A stretch of DNA of 64,000 bases, taken from Nanobdellota archaeon. Lineage in GTDB: Archaea > Nanobdellota > Nanobdellia > Pacearchaeales > GW2011-AR1. The stretch is taken from positions 2,521-66,520 of the forward strand of contig JBBSWO010000008.1 in assembly GCA_038046245.1 (NCBI GenBank). The letters run 5' to 3'. The number at the start of each line of letters is the position of its first letter. Positions within the stretch are counted from its first letter, which is position 1. A program made the translations under genes and the position numbers. The notes beneath the pieces were generated by a model. The model searched no databases and had not been told where the DNA came from. It was given only the letters and a program-made list of their open reading frames with translations. Positions 28,851-38,860 of the stretch are shown piece by piece.

Positions 28851-29198
28851 ATGGTGGAAAACACTCCGATTAGGCAAGATGTATATGATATGACTCTTTA
28901 TCACGATGACTTAAGCATGGTTAGCTTGGGAAGATCAAACACTCCCTTTGTTTATGACATGGTAGTAGGAGCTGCAAAACTTCATTCTCAAGAGAGCAAA
29001 ATTGTTGAGGTTAAAGATGTTCTTGGACCTTTAAGACCTTCAGATCCATCTACTGTCAGGATTATTCAAGATATTGATGGCTTAACTCAAGTTATATTAG
29101 ACGCCGGAAAAATGGGTACTTCTAGTACGTCTGTAAAACTAAATCTTCCAATAGAAAATATTTTAGATGGCTTAGCCTTAAACCTTTCAAGCTTCTAA
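28851..29198 (+). CDS. Hypothetical protein
   Basis: 115-aa ORF starting 1 nt after trmB. Confidence 0.6.
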   Translation: MVENTPIRQDVYDMTLYHDDLSMVSLGRSNTPFVYDMVVGAAKLHSQESKIVEVKDVLGPLRPSDPSTVRIIQDIDGLTQVILDAGKMGTSSTSVKLNLPIENILDGLALNLSSF

Positions 29199-30472
29199 GA
29201 AGTAATCTTTATCTCACTAACACCCATCTCATTCATAATTTTCCAATTCTTTTTTACCCAAGCTTCTAAGAAGTCTTTCAAACTATAATTTATTTTTTCC
29301 TTTGCAAAAATCCTGTTTTTTTTAATGAAAGTTTTTTTGTGCCTTGATTTAAAATTTTTAATATTTTCTTGGTCATTTACTTTTGGACCGTTTACAATAA
29401 ATTCTCCTTTACTTTTTGCTACGAAACAATAATCTGCTGATTTTTGTTTGCTGTAAACAAATTCTTTTTTGTTTACCTTGAAGAATTTTGAAATTTCACT
29501 GTCCAAAAACCTAAAGAATTTGAAAAGCTTGCTTCCAGCAATGTCTCCTTGCTGTCTGTCTGTGCTTACTTCAATAATAACAAAATTCTGTTTATTCTTT
29601 TTAGAAATTTTTCTTATTTTTTCAAAATCAATCTCCTTTATTTCAAAACTCTCTGTTTTTGGATTTTTTAAAAATTCTACACAAGCTTTCTTGAATTTGT
29701 CAAGTGTTTCAGAAGAAAGGCCTGCCAGAGCATTCCTTTGTTTGTAAGTTGGATCTATAAGTATTATCGGAGAATTAAGTTTTGCACTATTGACGTCCAT
29801 CATGACCAAATTCTTGTTTTTGTAGTGTTTTTCCATGTCAATTATTTCTCTTTCTTTTGACTTGGCAATTCCTCTCAAGAATTTTTCAAAATTTCCATAA
29901 TGATGAACTAACAACTCAATTGCATATCCTGAGAATCCATGAACATAAGACTCTGCCCCATAGCAATTATTTGCGTAACAAAAAGCCTTTGCAAGCCTTA
30001 TTTCATCCAGAATATTTTTGTTTTTCATCTTACTCCCAATATATTTTACATGCAGGAATGATAAATCAGTGATATTAACAGCTTCCTTCGGATTTTGTAT
30101 TTTTCTTACTGGAACTAACTCCGCATAAACATTTTTAGAAATCTTCTTCTTGAAATAGTCTCTTGAACCATGAACCAATTCCATGTTTTCATTTTTTAGT
30201 ATACTGCCCATTAGCAAAGGAATTTTTTCCTCACCGTATTTTTTATCAAATCTTAAAAAAATGTCAATGTCATACTTATCTTTTTTTATCATTGTTTTTT
30301 TTGCATAACTACCTCCAACAAAAATCTCGGCATCCAGCTTCAGTGATTTTATCCTTGATTTTAATCTTGTGAGAAAAATATCCAGAAGGTTGTCTAATTC
30401 TCCTATATCTTCTTTGTTTGGCTTAACTTTTTCAATAACTTCTTTCAGAACAGAATTAATTTTGTTGGACAT
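29195..30472 (-). CDS. cca: Class I CCA-adding enzyme
   Basis: GGSYAK-T, DIDIF, YGAE, GFSGY-IELL, IDPT...RN. Confidence 0.93.
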   Translation of the reverse strand: MSNKINSVLKEVIEKVKPNKEDIGELDNLLDIFLTRLKSRIKSLKLDAEIFVGGSYAKKTMIKKDKYDIDIFLRFDKKYGEEKIPLLMGSILKNENMELVHGSRDYFKKKISKNVYAELVPVRKIQNPKEAVNITDLSFLHVKYIGSKMKNKNILDEIRLAKAFCYANNCYGAESYVHGFSGYAIELLVHHYGNFEKFLRGIAKSKEREIIDMEKHYKNKNLVMMDVNSAKLNSPIILIDPTYKQRNALAGLSSETLDKFKKACVEFLKNPKTESFEIKEIDFEKIRKISKKNKQNFVIIEVSTDRQQGDIAGSKLFKFFRFLDSEISKFFKVNKKEFVYSKQKSADYCFVAKSKGEFIVNGPKVNDQENIKNFKSRHKKTFIKKNRIFAKEKINYSLKDFLEAWVKKNWKIMNEMGVSEIKITS

Positions 30473-30583
30473 AATATAAATAATAGAAAAACCTTAATAA
30501 ATTTATCATTTACTGGCTCGTAAAATTATACCTTGTCAGGATTGATGTAATTTTAATATAAAAACCAGAATTATCTAAACATT

Positions 30584-30994
30584 TTATATTTTATCCGGAT
30601 CTCTTATCTCCTTTATGTCTGCAACACTTTGCCTTAGCGTTGAAGCCAAGTCAATAATATATTTTCCTTCTTCAAGTTTGTATATTAATGGTGAATCTTT
30701 CTTGAACAACTTAACAAGATCAATCTCAAATTTGCCCTCTCCAGTAACTCTTACAGATTCCAAATCAAGTATGACCGGCATGTCTTCATCAGGAATCCCC
30801 ACAATCTCTCTTATGTCATTTTCAATCTTATTTTTTTGTTTTTCTGGGATTTCAATAGGATTATTCATTATTTTTTCATACTGGTCTTCCTTGACGTAGA
30901 AGAAGAAATGTCCTTTGCAGTCTCTGCATCCGTCTAGCAATTCCTTGCTTCCTAATGGGATAATCCTTGAACATTTAACACATTGGTGTGGCAT
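30584..30994 (-). CDS. oapC: OapC/ArvC zinc-ribbon protein (DUF2072)
   Basis: MPHQCVKC...LLDGC-DC, ESVRV-GEGKFEIDL, EEGKYII. Confidence 0.88.
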   Translation of the reverse strand: MPHQCVKCSRIIPLGSKELLDGCRDCKGHFFFYVKEDQYEKIMNNPIEIPEKQKNKIENDIREIVGIPDEDMPVILDLESVRVTGEGKFEIDLVKLFKKDSPLIYKLEEGKYIIDLASTLRQSVADIKEIRDPDKI

Positions 30995-31060
30995 ATCGTG
31001 TCGAAAATTTTTAACTTAATAAATTTAATGGTGATAATCTACACAAACAAGAAAATAATC

Positions 31061-31462
31061 TTACTTTTCAAGAAGTAGTTCAATCTTCTTAGGATTCTTT
31101 TTGATTTCTTTCACAATAGTTGCAGGCCCTATTATTGTCACAGCACCCATATCTCCGCCAGCGATTGCGTTTGCGAGGTTTTGCTTGGCTCTAGAGAAAA
31201 ATCCATTATTCCCATTTCCTCCAATAACTGCCAACTCAATCCCTTTAAAATTCTTAACATGATCAATCATGGCCATTGTATCTCCTATAAGCCTTGCTTC
31301 CTCTTCTGTTTTCAGCCTTCCTTGTAGGATTACTATATTATTGTTTAGGACAATTCCCAAAATTTTTTTAATTCTTTCAGTGCTATTTAAGCCCTTTATT
31401 TCCGTATAAGGGAGAAACTGGATTGTAAACCCCTTTATCTTCCCCAAGTTTTTCTTGACCAT
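31061..31462 (-). CDS. oapB: OapB/ArvB (DUF2073)
   Basis: S-ERIKKIL, EEARLI-TM, F-GIEL, TIIGPA. Confidence 0.85.
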   Translation of the reverse strand: MVKKNLGKIKGFTIQFLPYTEIKGLNSTERIKKILGIVLNNNIVILQGRLKTEEEARLIGDTMAMIDHVKNFKGIELAVIGGNGNNGFFSRAKQNLANAIAGGDMGAVTIIGPATIVKEIKKNPKKIELLLEK

Positions 31463-31501
31463 CTTTTATTATTTATATACTGTAATATATATTTTAAACC
31501 T

Positions 31502-32146
31502 TTACTTGACTTTTTTTGAAACCTTAAATATAGACTCGTAAAACTCCTCTAAGTTTTTTCCGAACTTGGCGCTTATTCCCACAACATCATATTCTGGGAA
31601 AGCAGACTCTATTTTTTTTATGTCTGCTTTTCTTAAGTCTACTTTATTGGCTACTATTAAGACAGGAATTTTTCTTGCTACAAGATTCCCTATGATTGTT
31701 ATATTCACTTGATTGTAAGGGTTTTCTGTTGCGTCCAGGACAATTACTACCATATCCATGTCATCAAGCCACTTTATGCTCTCAACCACTCCCTGTGTGG
31801 CCTCTTTGGCTCTTTTTTTGGCCTCCTGCTTTGGAACTCTATATTTTAGAAAATCCTCGTAATCTATTTTAGTGGCAATTCCGGGAGTATCTATGATCTT
31901 GAAAACAAGAGTGCTTCCTTTGTAACTTATCTCGACCTTCTCTTTGAACTGCACATTTCTTGTCTCGTGCGGTACTTTGCTTACACTTCCTAATTCTTCT
32001 CCAGTAAAGTCTTTACAGATCCTATTAACTAGACTCGTTTTTCCGGCATTTGGTGGCCCGTAAAATCCAAGTTTTATCTCTTTTTTATTCTTAAAGATGT
32101 TGCTAAAAATCTTCTTAAAGAAGTTTTGTAACATTTCCATAGCCAT
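31502..32146 (-). CDS. oapA: OapA Era-like GTP-binding protein
   Basis: GPPNAGKTSL-NRI, PHETR, DTPG, EATQGV, PYNQVN, ANKVD. Confidence 0.9.
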   Translation of the reverse strand: MAMEMLQNFFKKIFSNIFKNKKEIKLGFYGPPNAGKTSLVNRICKDFTGEELGSVSKVPHETRNVQFKEKVEISYKGSTLVFKIIDTPGIATKIDYEDFLKYRVPKQEAKKRAKEATQGVVESIKWLDDMDMVVIVLDATENPYNQVNITIIGNLVARKIPVLIVANKVDLRKADIKKIESAFPEYDVVGISAKFGKNLEEFYESIFKVSKKVK

Positions 32147-32186
32147 ATTATAAATTTGTTAAACTGGTTTATAAATATTTCAGTAC

Positions 32187-34832
32187 TCAAAACATAAATT
32201 TCATCTGATTAGAGTAGTCATTTCTAAAACCACGATATTCCTTCAATGTAATATTCTCTTTTGATTTTTTCCTGAATATTCTGAAGAAAGGCAATTCTAC
32301 CATTCCAGTCCTTTTCCCGGCGTATTTCCTAAACGCATAACTTATCTGTTCAGATGTCCATTTGGTTTTTTTCAAATTCTTTTCAATTTCACCATCTGCG
32401 ATTCCCTTTCTCTTTTCATTGTTTATGTATGTGACCAAGTTAAGAAGATTATTCCTGTTGCTGAACAAGTGTACTTCATATTTGTATTTGTACCAGTTGT
32501 ATAATATTGTGTATATTATCATCCAGCCAACAATCAATATTCCTAAAATTATGGCGTATAAGCTCAGGTTAAACTGGTCTAGCCTTGGTCTTATGTCGTG
32601 CTTTTTTACATTCATGCTGTCAAGTGTTGGTGAAATGAACGCTGGAAGTTGTGTGAAGTCCATGTTCTCCGTCGTTGAGAAAATAATTTTTTGATTTGCA
32701 GACAATGGAATGTATGTAAATCCCTCTTCCTGTTTCTGATTGTAATTACCTCCAAAATTAAGATTTTCCATGTCTTTGACAAATAGGTATCCATTTCCCT
32801 CTCCAGAATTTTGTATGTTCAATTCAAAGACACGAAGAGTTTTGTCTTGGCCGTCAATCCTGATAAGGAATTCGGCCATATTCATTTTTGAGACAATATT
32901 ATCCAGGTTCCAAGCAACAATAGCGTTGATGTAGTCGTTATACAAATCCTCATTATACGTTCCGGGCAAAGCCTGGTCAACAAGGTAAGGGTCAATTATT
33001 TTATCATCTGGGAGGAAAGACAGCCCTTGAAATTCAACACCGACACTCAATGACTCTGGAACTTTTATGTTATTTAGTCTTTCTATTATTGAAGTATAAT
33101 TTTCTCCGCTTTCAAAATCTGTTCTTATCGCCTTTAGTTCTGTTTCACTTGTATCAATGCTAAAAAGAGTATTAAGTCTATCCTTTGTTGCTTCGTCAAG
33201 AGCCCCAATTTGGAGTTTGATGTTGCTTATGTCGGAAAGTTTTTTGTTTATAGTTTTGTTTATCTCGTTGGAAGGATTTCCGACTATCACCGAAAAGTTT
33301 TTTGCAGAAGTCTTCTTACCTGAGTCAGTAACATTGATTGAAACAGTGTATGTGCCTTCCTGGTCATATGTTTGGCTAACCTTGTTTGTTGTCGTTTCTT
33401 TTATAGTTCCATCGCCAAAATTCCATCTGTATTTTGTTATATTGCTCGATGAGTTCATGTTCACTCTAAATTCAGTTGGAAATCCAGCAGGAGCAGTCAA
33501 TGGTATTAGGGAGCTTATCACAGGCATTTTTCCGACAGCTAATTTTTCAGATATTAATTGCTGATCATTAAGATAAAGTTTGAATGTAAAATTTCCAATA
33601 TCTGTTGCAGATAGAAATCCTGTCTCGTCGATGTAAAGTTTCTGGAAACCAGAACTTATTTTTGCAGGGGTTTCCTCGACGTCATAAAAATTCGCATTTC
33701 CGCTAACGATCCCAGAATCCTTCTCATAACTCAAATATAAATTCTTAAGTGCTATCTGCTGATTCTGATAGGCTGTGAATTTTATTGGCACAACACATCC
33801 TTTAGTGCAGTCCAAGTTTCCATATTTGCTGTTTATGTAATCTTCAGCAGCCTGGCTTAAAGTTTTTTCCTGATAAAATGTGTTGTTCACTGGGATGTTT
33901 CCGAAGTCAGCATATTTTTTGCTTTCCGCAAAAATTTGGTATGATGATACTTCCGTTTTTATTGGGAATCCGTAGAACCCGCATTTTGTGCCTGTTGAAG
34001 GATTTTCTAACACTTTATATTTTCCAGACGCACTGTTACTATTTGCAGATATGCAAACGTAGTATTCTTTTGGGCCAGAAATTGGGTAAGCAACATCGCA
34101 TGAGGCTTCTCCATTAGCCCCTGCTTTTGGAAGCTCACAGCTTGCGACCTTTAAATCTTCGTCATAAAGGCTCATGTTTATTTTTTTTGTTCCAGAAGTC
34201 TCTTCTCTTAGCCAAGCACCAAGTCTCAAACCTGGAGCATTGGTTAAATTTACTTTTTGGCAATAGGGAGTTGTAAGAATCTCTAATTCACCAGTTTGAC
34301 TGCTTGGACTGAAGCATCCATAAGTTTTTGTAGAAGAGCATGATTCATTTGAATATTTATTGTTCATTAAATTTATTCCGTTGCTTCCAAAAATTTCAAT
34401 TTTGGTCGGATTACTGCATGAAGAAACAGCGTCGCTGTTAATTTCAAACTTTATATCTTTTATGCTGAATATATCTCCTACAAATTTAAATCCAAAAACT
34501 TTTGTTTCTCCGGAATTGACTGTAAATGTTTTGGTAGCCTGATCATTGCTTGCACTATAATCTGGAGAGCAATCTTCCGTGCTGCAATTGTAATCATAAC
34601 CCGAATTTGAAGACTTGTTTAACAAAGATTTCAGGCTTATTGTTTTGTCATTTGAGTCTTTGAATACAGAACTTATCGGTTGATTGCTGAAACTTATGTT
34701 TGTCCATCCTTTAATCTCTTGGTTTGCACCATACTCCTTTTGCAAAGAGTATGAAAGATTACCTAGTTGAAAGCTTGCTGACACTAAACCAAAAGTCAGG
34801 AACAAAAACAAAGCTGCTACCACCCATTTCAT
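32187..34832 (-). CDS. Large surface protein with PKD domain and C-terminal TM anchor
   Basis: Signal peptide; PKD motif YRWNFGDG...TYDQEGTYTVSINVTD; C-terminal TM followed by a small cytoplasmic domain. Confidence 0.8.
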   Translation of the reverse strand: MKWVVAALFLFLTFGLVSASFQLGNLSYSLQKEYGANQEIKGWTNISFSNQPISSVFKDSNDKTISLKSLLNKSSNSGYDYNCSTEDCSPDYSASNDQATKTFTVNSGETKVFGFKFVGDIFSIKDIKFEINSDAVSSCSNPTKIEIFGSNGINLMNNKYSNESCSSTKTYGCFSPSSQTGELEILTTPYCQKVNLTNAPGLRLGAWLREETSGTKKINMSLYDEDLKVASCELPKAGANGEASCDVAYPISGPKEYYVCISANSNSASGKYKVLENPSTGTKCGFYGFPIKTEVSSYQIFAESKKYADFGNIPVNNTFYQEKTLSQAAEDYINSKYGNLDCTKGCVVPIKFTAYQNQQIALKNLYLSYEKDSGIVSGNANFYDVEETPAKISSGFQKLYIDETGFLSATDIGNFTFKLYLNDQQLISEKLAVGKMPVISSLIPLTAPAGFPTEFRVNMNSSSNITKYRWNFGDGTIKETTTNKVSQTYDQEGTYTVSINVTDSGKKTSAKNFSVIVGNPSNEINKTINKKLSDISNIKLQIGALDEATKDRLNTLFSIDTSETELKAIRTDFESGENYTSIIERLNNIKVPESLSVGVEFQGLSFLPDDKIIDPYLVDQALPGTYNEDLYNDYINAIVAWNLDNIVSKMNMAEFLIRIDGQDKTLRVFELNIQNSGEGNGYLFVKDMENLNFGGNYNQKQEEGFTYIPLSANQKIIFSTTENMDFTQLPAFISPTLDSMNVKKHDIRPRLDQFNLSLYAIILGILIVGWMIIYTILYNWYKYKYEVHLFSNRNNLLNLVTYINNEKRKGIADGEIEKNLKKTKWTSEQISYAFRKYAGKRTGMVELPFFRIFRKKSKENITLKEYRGFRNDYSNQMKFMF

Positions 34833-34870
34833 GCACAATCAAAGATATTTTTCTTTAAAAACTCTTTCTT

Positions 34871-36841
34871 TTAAACGAACACTATCTTCTTTTTCCTTAT
34901 CAAGAAGTAATAAGCCAATGCTATTGACACGCCAGCGATTACAAAAGAATAACCTTGGAAGAAAGGAAGTCTGAATTGAGAAGGGCATAAAACCAATTTT
35001 GAAAAAGGATTTCCTTCACATTGGCTTTGTTGAGTGGGGTTTATGCTTCCATGCCATGTTCCTGTCCATTGATAGTTTCTATATCCTAATGGATCAACAT
35101 CACATTCTTTTGTTATGCTTTCATTTCCTATAGAACACCATCCAGTTCCTGTTATGTTAACACATCTACTTGTGTCAAAGTGGCACGAGTTTGACTGAGT
35201 TGAAGAAAAACATCCAAGATTTCCCGACTGTAAATTAAAACTTGCGCAAGTCTTTCCGCCTAAGCTGTTTCCATCGCAAAGCTCAGCATCATTTTTTGTT
35301 CCATCACCACAAATTCCAGAACCACAATTACTGCATGAACTGGTGTCAAGTTTACAAGTAGCTAGATTACAACTAACAGTTCCAGTACAAGCGCCAGTTC
35401 CAAGATCAGAGCATGATGTTATTGTTATATCTGTTCCATCACACTCTTCTCCAGCTTCTATAATTCCATTACCACAAGTTCCACAAGTATTAGTGCTATA
35501 TGCAAATCCGCAAGTTGATGCTGAAGAATCCCAGACACAACCACATGAATTCCATGTTGATCCTGAAGAGCACGAGCTTATTCCACAAGTCAAATTATCT
35601 GGCTGGTCGCTCGTCCAAATGTTGTTACAATCACTCTGGCAAGAAGTTTGAGTTGTGTAGCCGCTGCAGCTTTCCACTGGTTGGCATGTTACACCGAAAG
35701 GTGTTGCTTGAACAGTTATATCCTTTGTCACAGTCGCGTTGTTTGAATAAGACCTTGATGTATTGACCTCGCATTTTAATGTTTTATTTCCAGCAGATCC
35801 TGTTGGACAGTCAAAAACCATATATGCTCCTATCCAAGGATAGTCTGCGTTTGTAGTGCAAGCAACCCAATTTGTTGCATTTCCTATATATGCCTTCACA
35901 CTATTCATTCCCCTGTCACTACCTCCCCAGGGATTCTCAACACTAGTATTACACCAAACTTGAAGTGGAGACGGAGAGTTTTCAAAAGGGCTTGTTGGAA
36001 AGGAATATACTTTATTAACATCAACTTTACAATTTACATCTCCCTTGCTTGATTTAATGCTTCCATTAGGATATCCATTAACCCAAACTTGAGTATCCCA
36101 ATCACTCTCACCATTGACATCATTATCAATTCCGTCATCACAAACTGATTCTGGGGGATAAGAAGGTGAAAAACAATTAGGGGCAGCTGCACAGCTTGGA
36201 TCAACACAATCGGGGTATCCATCACAATTATTATCAAATCCGTCATTACAATTTGTTTCAGGAGCTCCGCATCTATAATCTGGATTTATTGGGTTATTTG
36301 CAAGATCATCAAAACATCCGTTAAGATCACAGTCATTATCAACTCCATCTGAGCATCCGTTCGGAACCAAATTTTCAGCTTTCATTAAAGAATCTCCTTG
36401 TCTGTACCAAAGCCATTGTGTTCCTCCTGTTGAATTTGTGTTGAATGCACAGATCGTTCCAACACTACTTGTAATGTTTCCTCTACAATAGGCTCCATCA
36501 GCCCCATCAAGACCAAATGACGAGTCACTACATACGTTACTTTTATCACACGAATTTTGAGAATTACATGTTAAACTATAATCTGTTCCACAGAGAGGAG
36601 CACTTGGATCTCCATATCCAATTTGCCATCTATTTTCTGAATAGATCGAAACAGGATTTCCTAGAGAAGGGCAAATAGAACTGGTTGCAGGTATTTTACA
36701 CATTGCCGGATTAGAAGATCCGTCAGAAGGATTGTAGCTTGGATTAGTGCACACCACTACAGTTCCACTCACATTTTCACTTAATAAAATTACTCCAAGA
36801 AATATTACCAATAAAAATAAAATTCCAACACCCTTTTTCAT
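34871..36841 (-). CDS. Cys-rich membrane-anchored surface protein with acidic CxDGxDND and CGNG/CGDG repeats
   Basis: Signal peptide; CSDGVDNDCD, CNDGFDNNCDG, CDDGIDND; CGNGIIEAGEECDG, CGDG...ELCDG; C-terminal LPFF+TM+KKK. Confidence 0.8.
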   Translation of the reverse strand: MKKGVGILFLLVIFLGVILLSENVSGTVVVCTNPSYNPSDGSSNPAMCKIPATSSICPSLGNPVSIYSENRWQIGYGDPSAPLCGTDYSLTCNSQNSCDKSNVCSDSSFGLDGADGAYCRGNITSSVGTICAFNTNSTGGTQWLWYRQGDSLMKAENLVPNGCSDGVDNDCDLNGCFDDLANNPINPDYRCGAPETNCNDGFDNNCDGYPDCVDPSCAAAPNCFSPSYPPESVCDDGIDNDVNGESDWDTQVWVNGYPNGSIKSSKGDVNCKVDVNKVYSFPTSPFENSPSPLQVWCNTSVENPWGGSDRGMNSVKAYIGNATNWVACTTNADYPWIGAYMVFDCPTGSAGNKTLKCEVNTSRSYSNNATVTKDITVQATPFGVTCQPVESCSGYTTQTSCQSDCNNIWTSDQPDNLTCGISSCSSGSTWNSCGCVWDSSASTCGFAYSTNTCGTCGNGIIEAGEECDGTDITITSCSDLGTGACTGTVSCNLATCKLDTSSCSNCGSGICGDGTKNDAELCDGNSLGGKTCASFNLQSGNLGCFSSTQSNSCHFDTSRCVNITGTGWCSIGNESITKECDVDPLGYRNYQWTGTWHGSINPTQQSQCEGNPFSKLVLCPSQFRLPFFQGYSFVIAGVSIALAYYFLIRKKKIVFV

Positions 36842-36875
36842 GATATATACAACAAATTATTCCTTATAAATATTT

Positions 36876-38294
36876 TTATCCCTTAACAACGCCTAAAGGT
36901 TTGAGTCTTGCAACTTTTTTGCTTATTCCCAACTCGTCAACAACTCTTACGACTTCATCAATATCTTTGTAAACTTCCGGTGCTTCTTCTGCGAGAGATT
37001 TCCAGCTTCCCGCCTGAATCTCAATTCCCGCCTTGTTTAAATTTTCCTTGATTTTTTCACCTTTTAACTCTCTTATTGCAGAACTTCTGCTCTTTACCCT
37101 TCCTGCTCCATGAACAGTGCTCCCAAATGTTTCTTCTTCTGCTTTTTTTGTTCCGACTAAAACATACGACGCTGTCCCCATGCTTCCAGGAATCAAAACA
37201 GGTTGCCCGACTTTTCTATAATCTTGAGGGATTTCGTTCCTTCCTTTTCCAAAAGATCTCGTTGCACCTTTTCTATGTATGCAAACTAATTTTTTCTCTC
37301 CGTTGATAGAATGTTCTTCCATCTTCGCAATGTTGTGACATACATCATACAAAACATTTATCTCTGATTTTGGAAAAAACTCCCTAAAAACTTCTCTTAC
37401 CCAGTGGGTTATAAGTTGTTTGTTTGCAAATGCAAAATTTGCGGCAGCAGCCATTGCTGAAAGATAATCTTTGCCAAGCTTACTTTTTATTGGGGCATTT
37501 ATCAACTCTCTATCTGGCAAATCTTTGAATCCATATTCTTTTTCCATTAATTTAATATAATCAGATGCAACTTGATGTCCTAAACCCCTCGAGCCGCAAT
37601 GTATCATTATGACTATCTGGTCCTTTTTTAATCCAAAAACTTCTGCAACTTCTTTGTTATAAATGTCCTGGACATACTGAATTTCTAAAAAATGATTTCC
37701 TGCACCGATAGTTCCCAACTGGCCTATCCCTCGAGATTTTGCCCTGTCAGAAACTTTGCTTGCATCCGCACCTTTGATGAATCCTTCTTCCTCCATATGC
37801 AAATAATCTTCTTTTTTTCCATAACCTTTCTCAACAAGATATCTCGCTCCACCTTCCAAAACTTTTTTCAGCTCATCTTTTTTCATGTTAAACGGACTTC
37901 CTCTTCCAACTCCTGATGGAATTTTTTTGTACAAGGCATTAACAATTTCTTTTTGTTTTTTCATGAAATCTTGTTTTGTTAAATTAGTTTTTAGCAATCT
38001 GACTGAACAATTGATGTCATATCCAACACCTCCAGGACTTACAACTCCTTTGTCAATGTCAAAAGCGGCGACTCCCCCGATGCAAAATCCGTAGCCTTGG
38101 TGTGCATCACTCAAAGCTATAGATGCCTTCAAAATTCCAGGCAAACACGCCACGTTTTTGACTTGTTCTAAAGTTTTGTCATTTTTAATATCATTAAGAA
38201 TCTTCTCACTAGCATAAACTATTCCTGGAACTTTCATATTCCCTTCTCTTTCAAGCTCATATTTGTTTTCTGAAATTTTCTTAATATTTGTCAT
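36876..38294 (-). CDS. rtcB: tRNA-splicing ligase RtcB
   Basis: DAHQGYGF-IGGV, GYDINC, GNHFLE, H-GSRG, HN, HRKGAT, PGSMG, HGAGR, EEAP-YK. Confidence 0.96.
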   Translation of the reverse strand: MTNIKKISENKYELEREGNMKVPGIVYASEKILNDIKNDKTLEQVKNVACLPGILKASIALSDAHQGYGFCIGGVAAFDIDKGVVSPGGVGYDINCSVRLLKTNLTKQDFMKKQKEIVNALYKKIPSGVGRGSPFNMKKDELKKVLEGGARYLVEKGYGKKEDYLHMEEEGFIKGADASKVSDRAKSRGIGQLGTIGAGNHFLEIQYVQDIYNKEVAEVFGLKKDQIVIMIHCGSRGLGHQVASDYIKLMEKEYGFKDLPDRELINAPIKSKLGKDYLSAMAAAANFAFANKQLITHWVREVFREFFPKSEINVLYDVCHNIAKMEEHSINGEKKLVCIHRKGATRSFGKGRNEIPQDYRKVGQPVLIPGSMGTASYVLVGTKKAEEETFGSTVHGAGRVKSRSSAIRELKGEKIKENLNKAGIEIQAGSWKSLAEEAPEVYKDIDEVVRVVDELGISKKVARLKPLGVVKG

Positions 38295-38365
38295 AATATA
38301 CCCAGGAATAAATTCTTTTTAAAAAGTTTGGTTTTGGGAGAAACTAGTAATGTTAATAAAATTAT

Positions 38366-38665
38366 TTAATCATTGATAAATAAACTATGAAGGAGCGCAA
38401 AAAGAATTGTACATATTCCTGTTATAATGGTCAAATAAACCAAAACTGATTTGTCTTTATTTTTTCTCATGGCTCTTATTCCAGTGTACAAAGCAGTCAT
38501 TTCAATGAGGACTGCAATTGGCACGGTTATATCCCACCACCTGTCATCAAAATTAAGTATTTTAAGTATCAAAACAAACACTAAAGAAGCAGTAACGATT
38601 ATCAAGAAAAATATGTTCAATCTTACAGACCATTTACCTAATTTTGTTTCTGGTTTTAGCTTCAT
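38366..38665 (-). CDS. Small 3-TM membrane protein
   Basis: Three hydrophobic segments, P-TKLGKWS N-terminus. Confidence 0.65.
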   Translation of the reverse strand: MKLKPETKLGKWSVRLNIFFLIIVTASLVFVLILKILNFDDRWWDITVPIAVLIEMTALYTGIRAMRKNKDKSVLVYLTIITGICTILFALLHSLFIND

Positions 38666-38705
38666 GTTGTTTTAAGGATGCTTGATATTATAAATTTTGT
38701 CGACA

Positions 38706-38824
38706 CGCCCCCACGAGGAATTGAACCTCGAACACTTCCTTTTTGCACGGCTGCAGGATTCATAAAAACCCGCAGGTGGTTTTTATTCCGCAAGGAAGTA
38801 TTATATCCGTTTAACTATAGAGGC
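38706..38824 (-). tRNA. tRNA-Arg(GCG) with 47-nt intron at position 37/38 (intron 38741-38787)
   Basis: Acceptor GCCTCTA/TGGGGGC; anticodon stem CTTCC/GGAAG with loop TT-GCG-G|A; T arm CGAGG-TTCAATT-CCTCG; BHB with central helix TTGC/GCAA and bulges GG|A and AA|A; no encoded CCA; TATA ttataaa about 25 nt upstream. Confidence 0.9.
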
Positions 38825-38860
38825 CCGCAAATTCAAGCTCTAGAAATGTTATAAATCTTA

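Noticed and set aside
29195-29198. Coding-strand switch near oapABC as a replication origin
   Set aside because: The switch is convergent with overlapping stops and no intergenic space or ORB motifs
35181-35196. TGGCACGAGTTTGA as a sigma-54 -24/-12 site (also TGGCAC cores near 38520, 42431 and 50460)
   Set aside because: All lie inside CDSs and lack a correctly spaced TTGC; no canonical sigma-54 promoter was found by eye
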